A DNA stretch of 64,000 bases from Mustelus asterias (GCF_964213995.1 NW_027590185.1:372001-436000), one strand, 5' to 3'. Shown: positions 48,345 through 62,955, numbered from the stretch's first letter. A program made the numbers and translations. Notes: a model not told the origin generated them from the letters alone.

Positions 48345-48770
48345 GTACTGACCCTCTGACATTGCAGCACCAGCTCAGTACTGACTCTCTGACAGTGCGG
48401 CATTCCCTCAGTACTGACCCTCTGACAGTGCGGTGCTCTCTCAGTACTGACCCTCTGACAATGCAGCACTCCCTCAATCTGACCCTCTGACAGTGCAGCA
48501 CTCCCTCAGTCCTGATCCTCTGGTAGTGCAGCACTCCCTCAGTACTGACCCTCCCACAATGCAGCACTCCCTCAAACTGGCCCTCTGACAGTGCGGCACT
48601 CCCTCAGGACTGATCCTCTGACAGTGCGGTGCTGTCTCAGCACTGACCCTCTGACAATGCAGCACTCCTTCAATCTGACCCTCTGACAGTGCGGAACTCC
48701 CTGAGTACTGATCCTCTGACAGTGCAGCTCTCCCTCAGTACTGATCCTCTGACAGTGCGCCCTCAGTAGT
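48345..48770. repeat. 33-bp minisatellite (about 13 copies)
   Basis: CTGACAGTGCAGCACTCCCTCAGTACTGACCCT repeated. Confidence 0.92.
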
Positions 48771-49419
48771 GCACCAGTGTTTGCCTCAAGTGTTCAGGTC
48801 TCTGGAACATTCCCAGTGAACTACCACTGCTAGACAGAGACAAAACACATTGTGAAGAGCAAGGGCAATTGACAGAGACTGGAGAAGAATTGAACAGGTA
48901 ACTTGCTGGAATTCAGGAACATTCAATACAGTAAGTGGTTTCTCGACTCTGTTGGTGAAGCAGTTGATGTAATCCAGGCCTGTGTTAACTCGAGTGAGGC
49001 GAGGTGCTCTCCCTATCTCTTTCTGTAAGGTAGCACTGAGTTCCCTGTCACTGATATGGACAATGGGCCAACTTCTCCCCACAGTAACAAAGTCAGAGTG
49101 TTGGAAAGAGGACCATTACCTTCGTTCACGGGGAAAAAATTATCCGGGAGATCTCCTGGTTTCTTCAACTCCTGGCAATCCTCCCTGGTATCCACCCCCA
49201 TAGACGGCAGCCGGAGCAGATGGTTTTTCGGGGTCGGGACATTCCCCTCATCTCTCTCTCACATTCTGAACTCCTTTCAGGATGAAGAACCTCCTGGGGT
49301 TCCCCTTAATAGCTTTCCAAAAAAGCGATGGAGACTCAATTAAGGAAAGTTGGCCTGTCAGCTACAACTCTCACCAGCTTCTCCAGATGCAGCAGATAAA
49401 ACATTCTTTCTGATTATAT

Positions 49420-49880
49420 CACAGCTTGATATGGTTGCTGCTCTGCCCAAGACAGCAAGAAACTACAAACGATCATGAACAAAACCCAGTCCATCACTCA
49501 AACCAGCCTCCCATTCATTGACTCCATCGACACTTCCCGCTGCCTCGGGAAAGGCAGCCTGTATAATTAAGGACCCTACGCACCCCGGACATTCACCCTT
49601 CCACCTTCTTCCGTCAGGAAAAAAGATACAAAAGTCTGAGGGTACGTACCAACGGACTCAAACACAGCTTCTTCCCTGCTGCTGTCAAACTTTTGAATGG
49701 TCCTACCTTGCATTAAGTTGGTCTTTATCTACACCCTTGCTGTGACTGTAACACTACATTCTGCACTCTCTCGTTTCCTTTTCCTCTACGTACTCTATGA
49801 ACGGTATGTTTTGTCTGCATAGTGCGCAAGAAACAAAACTTTTCGCAATACATGCGACAATAATAAATCAAATTAAATAA
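49420..49880 (+). mobile_element. Rex1/Babar-like LINE 3' end
   Basis: KDPTHPGHSPFHLLPSG motif, AATAAA tail. Confidence 0.65.
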
Positions 49881-51137
49881 GGGTTTCACGATTCTCCAAC
49901 CTTTGTAATCCCTTCTGAGTTATTCAAGGTTCTCCAGGGTCAAAAGTTTTACCTTCAGCTTCAGTGTACGCCTCGCCCACTTTGTGGGTTTTCAGTTGGT
50001 GATGCTCGTCCAGGAGGAGACAGTGGTCAGAAGAGAATGCCGGCTTGGCATCGGTGGACATTACTGTGAACTTTTGCGACAGGAGGGCCATCCTGGAGCG
50101 GACAGACCCATCTGGCAGCAACCATGCTGATCTATACTGCACTCCATCTGCAGGGTTGTTGAAGACATCGTATTTCTTTGATTCTTTCTCTCATTGCTGA
50201 CAGTGCGCAGTTTGCTGTCAGCCCTGCCTTATCTTCGAGTCTCCATCTTGTGCTTAATCCTGCCCCAGCTGTGTGAGTTTGCTGGGTTAACCCCACACTC
50301 CAGTGACAGTTTAAACAGGGCTTTTATTTGTTTGAAATCAAAATGTTAATCAGTCATTGTCTGTTTCTTTGCCACCATGTTTTGTGTGTGCGTGTGTGTG
50401 TTTTCTATATGTGTGTGTGTGTGCGTGTGTGTGTGTGTTCTATATGTGTGTGTGTGTCTGTCCAAGTTTATGTGTGTGTGCTTCTGTGTTCCGCAGTGTC
50501 AATTTTCCAGAATGTCACTCCATGATGAAATTGGTCATGAATTCTAAAACTGCCTGTGGCCCATTGCAAATCCACAATCATTTTAATATTAGCGAATCTT
50601 TCCCTGCGTCTCTCTGTGTGTCTGTCTCCATTAGACACTTGGTCAATTTGTCCGTCTCTGTCTCTCCCACATTGCCAGTCTCTCACATGCAGAGCTCTCG
50701 CTCTCTCACACACAGACAAAATCTCGCTGACACGCACACCCTCTCACAAACACATTCTCTCACACTATCTCACACAGCCAATCACACACTGAGTCAGTAA
50801 ATCTTACACTCTCACACTCAAAGACAGATACTCATACACATGCACACACGCATGCACTCTCACAGTAAGAAACTCTGCCACCCAATCACACATCGCACAC
50901 TCAATTGGAGTTTAAAAGGGTGAGAATGGATCTTATATCAATGATAAATTTCTAACAGGATTAGACAGGGTGGATTCCGAAAGACTGTTCCCGATGTGGG
51001 GGCGTCCGGAACTAGGAGTCATAGTTTGAGAATAAGGTAAACCTTTTAGAACTGAGGTCAGGAGATTTTCTTTTCCTCCAGAGGGTGATTCACGTGTGGA
51101 ATTCGCGACCACCAACTCTCCCACACATACTCTCACG

Positions 51138-53875
51138 CATTCCGGGGTATAAGTGTTTTAGGCGAGACAGAGGAGGGGCTAAAAAAGGTGGGGGAGTAGC
51201 GATATTAGTTAAGGAGCATATTACCGCGGTGCAGAGGGTAGACAACTTAGAGGGGTCATGTACTGAGTCGCTGTGGGTGGAACTCAGAAACAAGAAGGGT
51301 GCAGTCACTATGCTGGGGGTGTACTACAGACCACCCAACAGCCCACGGGAAGTGGAGGAAAGGATATGTCAGGAGATTCTGGATAGGTGCAGAAAACATA
51401 GGGTTGTTGTAGTGGGGGACATTAATTTCCCTGGCACAGACTGGAAATAGCTTAGAGCTGGGGGTCCAGACGGGGAGGAATTTGTAAAATGCGTACTGGA
51501 AGGTTCCTTGGAACAGTATGTAGATAGCCCGACGAGAGAGCGGGCTATACTGGACCTAGTTCTGGGAAATGAGCCCGGTCAGGTCGTCAAAGTTTCGGTA
51601 GGGGAACATGTGGCAAATAGTGACCACAACTCTGTTAACTTTAGGATAGTAATGGACAAGGATGAGTGCTGTCCTACGGGCAGGGTGCTAAATTGGGGGA
51701 AGGCTGACTATAGCCGGATTAGGCAGGAATTGGTGGATGTTGATTGGGAGAGGATGTTCGAGGGTAAGTCCGCGTCTGGCATGTGGGAGTCTTTTAAGGA
51801 ACTATTGATAAGGCTGCAGGATAGGCATGTGCCTGTAAAAAGGAAAGATAGGAAAGGTAGTATTCGAGAGCCGTGGATAACCAGGGAAATTGAGGATCTG
51901 ATTAAAATGAAAAAGGGAGGCGTACGTTAAGTCCAGGCAACTGAAAACAGATGGAGCTCTGGAGGAATACAGAGAGAGTAGGAAATAACTCAAACGGGGA
52001 GTTAGAAGGGCAAAAAGAGGTCACGAGATGTTCTTGGCAGGCAAGATTAAGGAGAATCCTAAGGCATTCTATTCATACGTTAGGAACAAAAGAGTTGTCA
52101 GGGAGAAAATCGGACCTCTCAGGGACAAAGGAGGGGAATTATGCTTAGAACCCAAGGGAATAGGGGAGATCCTAAATGAATACTTTGCATCGGTATTCAC
52201 GAAGGAGAGGGGCGTGTTAACCGGGAGTGTCTCGGAGGGAGGTGTTGACCCGTTAGAGAAAATCTCCATTACAAGAGAGGAAGTGTTAGGTTTTTTAGGG
52301 AACATTAAAACTGACAAAGCCCCAGGGCCTGATGGCATCTATCCTCGACTGCTCAGGGAGACGAGAGATGAAATTGCTGGGCCTCTGATGGAAATCTTTG
52401 TCACTTCTTTGGACACGGGTGAGGTCCCTGAGGATTGCAGGATAGCGAATGTGGTCCCGTTGTTTAAGAAGGGTAGCAGGGATAACCCAGGAAATTATAG
52501 GCCGGTGAGCTTGACGTCCGTGGTAGGGAAGTTGTTGGAGAGGATTCTTAGAGACAGGATGTATGTGCATTTAGAACGGAACAATCTCATTAGTGACAGA
52601 CAGCATGGTTTTGTAAGAGGGAGGTCGTGCCTTACAAATTTGGTGGAGTATTTTGAAGAAGTGACAAAAACGGTTGATGAAGGAAGGGCCGTGGATGTCG
52701 TCTATATGGATTTCAGTAAGGCATTTGACAAAGTCCCACATGGCAGGTTGGTTAAGAAGGTTAAGGCTCATGGGATACAAGGAGAAGTGGCTAGATGGGT
52801 GGAGAACTGGCTTGGCCAAAGGAGACAGAGGGTAGTGGTCGAAGGGTCTTTTTCCGGCTGGAGGTCTGTGACCAGTGGTGTTCCGCAGGGCTCTGTACTG
52901 GGATCTCTGCTATTTGTGATATATATAAATGATTTGGAAGAAGGTGTAACTGGTGTAATCAGCAAGTTTGCGGATGACACGAAGATGGCTGGAATTGCGG
53001 ATAGCGAAGAGCATTGTCGGGCAATACAGCAGGATATAGATAGGCTGGAAAATTGGGCGGAGAGGTGGCAGATGGAGTTTAATCCGGATAAATGCAAAGT
53101 GATGCATTTTGGAAGAAATAATGCAGGGAGGAGTTATACAATAAATGGCAGAGTCATCAGGAGTATAGAAACACAGAGGGACCTAGGTGTGCAAGTCCAC
53201 AAATCCTTGAAGGTGGCAACACAGGTGGAGAAGGTGGTGAAGAAGGCATATGGTATGCTTGCCTTTATAGGCTGGGGTATAGAGTATAAAAGCTGGAGTC
53301 TGATGATGCAGCTGTATAGAACGCTGGTTAGGCCACACTTGGAGTACTGCGTCCAGTTCTGGTCGCCGCACTACCAGAAGGACGTGGAGGCATTGGAGAG
53401 AGTGCAGAGAAGGTTTACCAGGATGTTGCCTGGTATGGAGGGTCTTAGCTATGAGGAGAGATTGGGTAGACTGGGGTTGTTCTCCTTGGAAAGACGGAGA
53501 ATGAGGGGAGATCTAATCGAGGTATACAAGATTATGAAGGGTATAGATAGGGTGAACAGTGGGAAGCTTTTTCCCAGGTCGGAGGTGACGATCACGAGGG
53601 GTCACGGGCTCAAGCTGAGAGGGGCGAAGTATAACTCAGACATCAGAGGGACGTTTTTTACACAGAGGGTGGTGGGGGCCTGGAATGCGCTGCCAAGTAG
53701 GGTGTGGAGGCAGGCACGCTGATATCGTTTAAGACTTACCTGGATAGTCACATGAGCAGCCTGGGAATGGAGGGATACAAACGGTTGGTCTCGTTGGACC
53801 ATGGAGCGGCACAGGCTTGGAGGGCCGAAGGGCCTGTTTCCTGTGCTGTACTGTTCTTTGTTCTTTGTTCTTTGC
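51138..53875 (+). mobile_element. CR1 LINE, 5'-truncated (EN-RT)
   Basis: ORF pieces 51138-53722, (TTCTTTG)n tail; same subfamily as 31761-33310. Confidence 0.92.
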
Positions 53876-54007
53876 ATAGGCTCACTCACACATGCTCACA
53901 AACACAATCTCACTGATAATCTCTCTCTCTCTCTCCCTCTCGCTCTCTCTCTGTCTCACACACACGCACGCACAAACACACACAAAAGAACGCAAACATA
54001 CACACAA

Positions 54008-54490
54008 TCAAAGAACAAAGAACACTGTAGCACAGGAACAGGCCGGCCCTCCAAGCCTGCGCCGATCATGTTTCCCTATCCTGACCAACCGCTTATATCC
54101 CGCTATTCCCCGCTTGTAAATATGCCTATCAAGATATGTCTTAAATGTGGCTGAAGTGACTGCCTCAGTTGCCAGTGCGTTCAAGGCCCCCATCACCCTC
54201 TGTGTAAAAAACTTCCCCGCACATCTCCACTGAACCTTTCCCTCCTTATCTTGAACTTATGCCCCCTTGTAGTTGTCATGTCTGCCCTGGGAAATAGCTT
54301 CCAACTGTTCACCTTATCTATACCTCTCATAATTTTTAAAACTTTTTTCCGATGGTCCCTCAGCCTCCGTCTTTCCAGGGACAACAATCCCAGTTTATTC
54401 AATCTCCCCTCATAACTATTGCCAGGCAACGTCCTGGTAAAACTTTTCTGTACCCTGTCCACATCCTTCTGGCAGTGTGGTGACCGAAAT
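54008..54490 (-). mobile_element. CR1 3' fragment among (CA)n tracts
   Basis: ORF2 C-terminus and tail. Confidence 0.75.
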
Positions 54491-54581
54491 TGGACACAGA
54501 AAACCATGCACACACATGCACACACTAACAGACAAACGTAAAGTTTTGCATGCGCGCACGTGCACACACACACACAAACAA

Positions 54582-54613
<32 letters not shown>

Positions 54614-54739
54614 TAGCTCTCCGATGAATATTTACGTGCTCACTAATTTCAAGCACTAGCATGACCTCAGTGAACAGCCAGTCTCTGTAATAAGATGCCC
54701 AGTGTTATGAATAAAATTGATGCCTGGCGGAAACAAATG

Positions 54740-55045
54740 AACATAAGAACAGGAGAACGAGGAGCAGAATAGGCCACCTGGCCCCTCGAGCCTGCTCTCC
54801 CATTCAATAAGATCATGGCTGATCATTTCGTGGACTCAGCTCCACTTACCTGCCCGCTCACCAGAGCTCTTCGTTCCTTTCCTGTTCAAAAATCTATCTA
54901 TCCTTGCCTTAAAAACGTCCAATGAGGCAGCCTCAACTGCTTCACTGGGCAGGGAATTTCACAGATTCACAGCCCTTTGTGTGAAGAAGTTCCTCCACAA
55001 CTCAGTCCGAAATCTGCTTCCCCTTATTTTGAGGCCGTGCCCCCT
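54740..55045 (-). mobile_element. CR1 3' end
   Basis: FFTQR motif and 3'UTR. Confidence 0.7.
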
Positions 55046-55060
55046 ACAACAACAGAGCAA

Positions 55061-56490
55061 GGGCCCGATTTTATCATTTTCATTCTAAGTGCCGAATGTG
55101 GGCATAGTACCGATCTGACTTAGCAATCTGCTTTCAGGCGCCCCCGTACGCTCTCAGCCATCTCCAGTCCCATTCGCGCTGTGGGCGGGGCTGAGCGCTG
55201 CTGGAACGTTCTGAGCTCTGATCTGTGCATGCGCAGTTAGAGAAAAACTGGAAAAAGCGCGCCCGTGTCGGATCATTCCCGACCTGCAGAAAGCAGAGAA
55301 AGTGGCCCGGCAGTGACAAGCGGGAGCGAGCGTGTATCTCGGGGTAAGACGGCGCGGGGTGGGGGGGCGCAGATGGATCTCTGGTGGGGGGGGCAAATGG
55401 ATTTCTGGTGGGGGTGCGGGGGGCTCAGGGGGTACCGCTGCCACTCTGTGGGTGATCGGTGTGGTGGGGGGGGGGGGGCGGGGGGCAGGGTGGCCATCGG
55501 TCTGGGTAGCTGGGGGTGGAGATAAGGGGGACAATGATGTGTGTGTGTGTCCATTATTGACCCCCCCCCCCACTACCCAAACCGATCGCCACCACTGCCC
55601 CCCTCCCCCCCACCGATCGCCCACAGAGTGGCAGCGGACCCCCTGCATCCCCCACCAGAAATCCATTCTCCCCCATCACCAGGGATGCATCTGACCCCCC
55701 ACCAGAGATCCATCTGCCCCCCCTATCCGAGATACATTTTAGCCGCCTCCCCCCCCCCACCCCGCCGCCCAAGACCACGATCCGGCTTCACTCCCCCCCC
55801 CCCCCCCCAATACAACGATCTGGCCTCACTCCCTCCCCCCCTCCTCCCATAGAGACTGGTCCGGCCCCAGCTCCCCCCCCCCCCCTCCATACAATGATCT
55901 GGCTCACTCCACCCCCCGACTCTTAGACGACGATCTGTCCTCCCCCCCCCTTCCAGAGAATGGTCTGGGCTCACTCCAACCCCCCCTCCCCCACCCCCCC
56001 TCCACCTCACCCCCCCCCACCCGCCGCCAGAGATACATCTGACCTGCCTCCCCCTCCTCGCCCCCCAACCAGACAGCGATCGGCCCTCTCCGCGCCCCTC
56101 CCCTCCCGCCAGAGATACATCTGACCCGTCTCCTCCTCCTCCCCCGCAACCAGACAACGATCGGACCTCTTCGTCGCCCCCGCCAGAAATACAACTGACC
56201 CGCCTCCTCCTCCTCCCCCCGCGCCCCCAAACCAGACAACGATCTGACCTCACTCCCCGCCTCCCCCCTCCAACCAGAGAATGAGCTGGCCCGCCTCCCT
56301 CCTCCCCCCCTTCACTGATCTGAGCCAGAGAGCCGGTGGAAACACTGAACGCGTTCTTCAGAGTCTGGAGCACCCGCTTCAGACTTTTATTTAGCAAGTC
56401 GCTAAAAGCGCGATTCCGGACCGGCAAACGCGGTGGTAAAGTCAGGAATGCTGATAGAGTTGGGCGGGCAGTTCATTAATTCGATTTAAA
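55061..56490 (+). mobile_element. GC-rich repeat element with G/C-run internal repeats
   Basis: Same terminus as 48081; G-rich then C-rich internal arms. Confidence 0.5.
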
Positions 56491-56494
56491 TGCC

Positions 56495-57305
56495 ACCGGA
56501 CGATCGTCATGAAGGCACGCTGCTTGTTTTATCTTTTCTACTGGGATAATGGTCGCATTCTTGAAGCAGATAGGGAACTCAGATTGTTGTAAAGAGAGTT
56601 TGAAGATGACTGTGAATACCCTCGCCAGTTGATCCATGCAGGTTGTGAGTGCTTGTCCGGGGACCGCATCCGGGCCAGTCGCTTTCCACGGGTTGACTTC
56701 CGAGTAGGCTGTTCTGACATCTGCAATGGTGACCTCAGACACAGCTTCATCCGAGGTGTCCGGGGTGGAGGACATGCTGCCGCTGACCTCGTGCTTAACA
56801 CAGGCATAAAACACATTGAGCTTATTAGCGAAGGGTCGGTTGGAGCCAGCGATTTTACATGCCCTGATCTTGTAGCCTGCTATGTCTTGCAGACTTTGGC
56901 ATAGCCGGTGGGGGCCCGTGTGGCTCGGATGGGACAAAAGCTTGGTCCGGTTCTGGCTTTTTGACATCTTTGATGGATATGTGTGGATCATATCTGGCTT
57001 TCTTTTATCGGTCAGAGTTGAACGCCTCAGACCTAGACCTCAGTAACCAGTGGATATCCCTGTTCATCCATGATTTCTCGTTGGCAAACACACGGAATAT
57101 CTTGTTGGGCACACAGTCTTCTACACACTTCCTCATGAAATCAGTTACTGTAGTGGCATTCTCGTTCAGGCTGGTGGAAGAGTTTTTAAATACTGACCAG
57201 TCCACGGACTCTAAACAGTCACATAGGAGGTCTTTCGATTCCTCAGACCAACATTGCATGACATTATTTGATGGATCATCCCGCTTTAGCCTTTGTGTGT
57301 AAGCC
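56495..57305 (-). mobile_element. Rex1/Babar-like LINE fragment
   Basis: CLESVDWSVF, KATGPD, FKLSLQQS..P.CFK..TIIPV. Confidence 0.75.
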
Positions 57306-57374
57306 TGTAGCAGGAGCACAGCCTTGCGGTCTCTCTCTTACCCCAGTTGCATCTTTCCTGATGCACACACTCTC

Positions 57375-58160
57375 AAAGAACAAAGGGCAAAGAAATGGAC
57401 AGCACAGGAACAGGCCCTTCGACCTAGGGCAGCACGGTAGCACAGTGGTTAGCACTGATGCTTCACAGCTCCAGGGACCTGCGTTCGATTCACGGCTTGG
57501 GTTGCTGTCTGTGTGGAGTTTGCACATTCTCCTCGTGTCTGCGTGGGTTTCCTCCGGGTGCTCCGGTTTCCTCCCACAGTCCAAAGATGTGCGAGTTGGG
57601 TTGATTGGCCATGCTAAAATTTCCCTTAGTGTCCTGAGATGCGTAGGTTAGAGGGATTCGTGGGTAAATATGTAGGGATATGGGGATAGGGCCCGGGTGG
57701 GATTGTGGTCGGTGCAAACTCGATGGGCAGAATGACCTCTTTCCGTGCTTCAGCGTTTCTATGATTCTATGACCCTCCAAACCTGTGCTGATCATGCTGC
57801 CGTATTTTAAAATAAAACCTGCTGCGCTTACTCGGTCTGTATCCCTCTTACCTCCTATTAACGTATCAATCCAGATGCCTCTTAAAAGTTGCTCATGATT
57901 CCACCACCTCCTCTGGCAGCGCGTTCCAGCCACCGACACTCTGCATGATAAACAATCCCCGCACATCTGCTTTAATATTTCCTCCCGCATTTGGAACCAC
58001 TGCCCCCTTGTAATTGACATTTCCACCCTTGGAGAAAAGCCTCTGTCTATCCATCCTGTCTGTGCCTCTCACAATTTTGTAGACCTCTATCAGGTCTCCC
58101 CTCAGCCTCCGTCTTTCCAGTGTAAACAATCCTGGTTTATTCAACCTCTCCTCATAGCCA
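57375..58160 (-). mobile_element. CR1 3' fragment interrupted by a SINE
   Basis: LERRRLRGDLIEVYK; tail at 57375-57420. Confidence 0.75.
57427..57771 (+). mobile_element. HE1 V-SINE
   Basis: Full-length copy similar to 24251-24596. Confidence 0.88.
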
Positions 58161-60009
58161 GAGGAGCTGACTTTTCTTTAAGTTAAATTACTGTTATGAA
58201 CGCCATTCCTCTCACAGTAACTGCTTCCCTCATCATCACGCACTCACTCCCGCCCCATCTATCCTTCTGTCTTCCTCCTTTTCACTTCCAGTCGCTCAGA
58301 GTCTTCCTCTCTCACTCTTATCCATTCATTTTCCCAGCCTCACACCCTTTATAGATTCAGCCCATCCCACCATTCGTCCCTCTCTCTCGTACTCATCGCT
58401 CTCCTTCCACATCTGGGCACGTTTCTGAACACTGTATCAGATGTGGGTCCAGTGTCATTTGGAGCCTGTGCATTGCTCTTCACAGTTAAATCTGTTATTT
58501 TACTGCTCTAAGAGGTGATGTGTTTGTATCTGCTGCAGGGCCTGAATGTTCTGAGATGTCCCATTGTTTCTGAATATTTGCGTTTGAGAAGCTGTATTAG
58601 ATTTCGAGATAAAAAAACAAATTTCCTTGCAGACCAAATAGTTCCAAATTATTGATCAACAGAATTTCGCAATTTATGCCAAACTCTAATCCACTTCAAT
58701 CACATCACAGCATATCCACAGTTAAATATCACACAGACAGACACGGTAACAATTGAAACTCGATTACTGATATGTCACAGTCCAGTGACAGATATCACTG
58801 AAACAATGTGAGATCCAGAGATGGGACTGATGGTGTTTGAGTGGACAGAATCTTTCCAATTGTTATTAGTTGATAAATGTGATCAACAGAATCCAGTGAT
58901 TGGAAAGAAGTAAGTCAATCCTAAAAATAAATATTTTCCATCACTGAACTCAATGTCGTAATCTGTTTGTTCATATATTTTTAAAAACAACTTCAAACCA
59001 GGTTGCTGCCACAATGTCCCTAAGGTGACTTTACAGTGTATAAATTAAAGGCTTTGGGAATATAGAACCTCAGATGTTAAAGTCAGAGAGACTGCCAGCA
59101 ACTCGAAGGGACACATCACTTCACACTGAAAATGATGTATCCAGTTCGGATAGCTGAGAAAATATTCTACCCAATCATCGCCATTATTGGTGTTCCCGGT
59201 GAGTGACTCTAACAATTGAGGTTGTGCAAATTTATGTTTGAACGGCTCTCTGATTCTAAACTCTGACTGAAAATGCTCCATGCTGATCTCGTGATCACTG
59301 TTATAAAGACACCAGGTCAACGATGTAATTTACTTAAATCAAATGCTTGCAATATCTCTGTGTTTTTAATCCTTTTCATCGACTGACAATGAGCCGCTGT
59401 ATGTTATTCACGGGCTCACTACTCAATGAAGTTGATGTACTGAGTAGTGAACGACTTAATCTTATCTATTGTAAGATTGGACCTCAGTGAAGGTGATCTC
59501 TCTGAAATAATGTTCAGTGGGAGTAAGAATATAATGGAAATTTGAGTGTGGGTCACTAACCAGAGTGGAATACCTGACACCAGTGAACAAGTATTGCAGG
59601 GTATATTTGTCAGTGTAAAATTGTACTGATTGTGGTTCTTTCACCTGAGTGGAACATCTGATCGAAGTCTCCATTAATGTCTGGCACTATCTGTCCATGT
59701 AGAGCTGTATTGTGTTCAGGAAAATAATTGAAATGTAATAAGTTGTTACAATTTTAAATATATAATATTTTAATTTGGTGAGTGAGATGTCCATTCTGTG
59801 GAGCTACGTCAGTCTTTTGTCTTTGGAAAATGTTGAAAACAGGAAGAGTTTGGCTTTGTTTGGTGGTCTTTGTATGATGTGAAATTTTTCCATACCTCGG
59901 CTTTGTATTGAAAAGAAAGAGGTTTCACCTAGTTCCTGATATTTAAACAAACCAATTACAAAATGTACAGTATTCAGTGATTGTCAAAGGTTTTGTGATC
60001 TGTTCACAT

Positions 60010-60830
60010 TTCCATTAATCTAAATGAACTCCAATGTTTTTTTTTTCTGGATTGTTGTGGTTCTGTCTGAACTGTGTTGCTTCATAAAGCGATCTGTGAA
60101 TCTGATCACCTGAAGCCCTAACCTCCTCGAAAGCTTTCAGATGCTTGATTTCTATAGAGTGATTGGGAAACATTTTGTTCTGATCAGAATGCAGAACCTG
60201 ACACTGAGCTGTGGTGAAATTAGTTTTCAATTCTAATACCCTATTCGGAAGTTTATAATTTATTGTTAATATGTTATTGTGTTTAGTTGTAATCTTCCAC
60301 TCTGCTCATTCTCAGTTAGGATTGGTTTGAAAATTTTGAAATTATAATTTTGCTTCCTGATTCCAAATTGTTGATGTAAATGGTGAAGGACAGTGATCCC
60401 AGCGCTGATCCTTGTGGAAACCCACTTCCCACCTTCCAGCAATCAGAGGAAATCCCTTCAATTCCCTGTGTTGCGTCTTTGCACAGTAACAGTTTTAACA
60501 ACAGCAGGTTAAAGTCCAACAGGTTTACTTGGTAGCAAATACCATTAGCTTTTGGAGCGCTGCTCCTTCGTCAGGTGGAGTGGAAATCTGCTCTCAAACA
60601 GGGCACAGAGACACAAAATCAAGTTACAGAATACTGATTAGAATGGGAATCTCTCCAGCCAAACAGTTCGTAAAGGTACAGACAATGTGAGTTGCAGCCA
60701 GCTTCTAGTCATTCTGCTGCTGTTCTTCTAACTCCACTTGCAATGAGATTACTCATGAATCTGTTAAATATTAACTTACTGAAGGCATCTAGAAACGCCA
60801 TGTGTTGGACATCAACATTCCTGATAATTG
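60010..60830 (-). mobile_element. Old CR1 fragment with a Penelope terminal repeat (60484-60695) inserted
   Basis: SGFPQGSALG..IYINNL..ISKF; terminal repeat homologous to 10400-10660. Confidence 0.65.
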
Positions 60831-61134
60831 CTGAAATTATTCAATGAAATCTGTCAAGAATAATGTCAATTTTGGAATATGGGCTGAATGCTCTTTATCA
60901 CAGCTTGTGTTACTTGTCATATATTTTTTTACTCTTTTGAAGTTAGATCATTTATTTTTTTTATGTTGAGGTTGTGACTGGACAACTGCGCTTTGGATTT
61001 TGTTAAATTTAATTTCTGTTTGAACTCAAGAAAAAACATAAACCTTCTATTGTTTTCCATTTCAGTGTGTAACTTCAGATGATCAGATGCTTAAGAGGGC
61101 AGACATGACAACTTTCTTTATGAGCTGATGTGTA

Positions 61135-61760
61135 GAAGGTAGAAGCAGGGAGGTCATAATGGAGATGTATGAAACGCTCATTTGTCTTCAGCGAGAGTAC
61201 TCCGAGGAGTACTCCGAGGAGTACTCTGGCCTCACTAGAAGGAGGATGTGAGTGCTCCAGAAGGAATGCAAAAGAGATTCGCCAGGATGTTACCTGGGCT
61301 GCAGTTTTTCTGCAGTGAAGACAGTCTGGTTAGGCTAGGGTTGCTTTGCTTAACACAGTGAACACCGAGCGTGGTCGCCACTGGCGTGTACAAAAGTAAA
61401 AGGAACGTAGATAGGATAGTTAAGAAGAAACTTTATCCCCTCAGTAGAGGGCACTCTCAGAGGCTTTTTCCCAGGGTGGACATGGCTGCTATGAGAGGAC
61501 ACAGGTTTAAGCTGCTGGGGGGTAGGTACAGGGGAAATGTTAGGGGGAAGTCTTTCACACAGAGGGTGGTGGGCGAGTGGAATCGGCTGCGGTCAGTGGT
61601 GGTGAAGACGAACTCAATAGGGTCTTTTAAGATACACCTGGATGAGTTCATGGGACTTAATAGGATGGAGTGTTATAGCTCGGCCGAGAAGGTAGGGATA
61701 TGCTCGGCACAACTTGTGGGGCCGAAGGGCCTGTTTGGGCTGCAGTTTTTTCATGTAACA
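61135..61760 (+). mobile_element. CR1 fragments (old, plus a younger 3' end)
   Basis: ORF2 C-terminus similar to the 35857 element. Confidence 0.7.
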
Positions 61761-62255
61761 TTTAGTAGTTAACTAACAGAAATATCTGATACTCACTTTA
61801 AATGAATAATTAACAATTTATTTATTTAACTAACAGGGAACATTAGTTAGAGTAGTAACATTGTGATTAACGTAAGATTCTACAGGAATTTTGTTCAAAT
61901 AAATGCAACGACATTCATTTACAGAAAAAAAGAACATAATTTAGTCACCCGCAAAAATGTATACAACTGGGTTTTGTGGCTTTGGAAAACTTTTGCGTTT
62001 GTCTTTCTATTCCGCTGCCTGCAAGTTATTTCTGATTCAGATAGATAGATGGCGAGGTCTATTAAGTGATATTCAAAGCTGGAGAGAGCTGCTCTTTCCC
62101 TCGCTAGACTTTGAAAGGTGGGTGCCCTTCAGTTGAACTGCAGGCAGGCAGCTGATGGCCTGTTTTTATAACTGCGATGACCTATCAATTTTCCTGCACC
62201 AGGATTGATTTGATCTTGTCCACAAGAATACATTAAGATTTGATAGCTTCCTGAT

Positions 62256-62795
62256 TGTTGTGGGAAAAGTCACCACTCGGACATCAGACTTGAGATTCAA
62301 CATGCAGTTTATTAAATCGAAGCTTCGGGACGATCTCTGGGCAGAGTTCCTCAATCTGGCTTGGCAGCAAGTGCATTTATATACGTTAAAACATCACAAA
62401 CATCAGCAGTTTTGCATCAAGCCGTAGGTGGTTACATACTTTGGCCAATTGTGCCCCTTGACAATAGTTAGTTATCAATAACTCCCAATCACATTTCGTT
62501 GAAAATACCTCACTGTTCTAGTTCCCCTTTCAGGCCATCTGCCCCTGAGGTACCTGACTACTTCTGTCCTTTGCTGTCTGACATTCCTACTTGCTTTGCA
62601 CTTTCACACTAAAATGAGACATGGCTGACCTCAGCTTGTCACTGAGTCAAGGCTCGAGTGTTTGTGGTTAACCACAGAGTGCAAAAGTTACATACACCAC
62701 TTTTCTTGTCTTAAAAAGTTTTACATTCACAATGATGGCTTTAAAAGGTTTACATTCACGATAATGGCTTGAACAATCTCAATTTTACTTCAACA
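62256..62795 (-). repeat. 3' LTR of a second ERV
   Basis: TGTTG...CAACA termini, TATA near 62380, AATAAA near 62310, PPT AAGAGAAGGGA immediately upstream. Confidence 0.75.
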
Positions 62796-62955
62796 ATCCC
62801 TTCTCTTGGTCTGGATTATCATTTAATAATCCAATAGACCAACAATAGTAAAGTCTCTGCATCATTGGTCCGGCAATTTATACACAGCCTTTCGGGTATC
62901 GGTCCTCCGTGATGTTCTGTGGGTATGCTGGACCCCGAGCTCACTGGCTACATGT

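Noticed and set aside
58200-60000. Possible host exons or further V segments
   Set aside because: No V motifs, RSS pairs or consistent spliced frame found by eye
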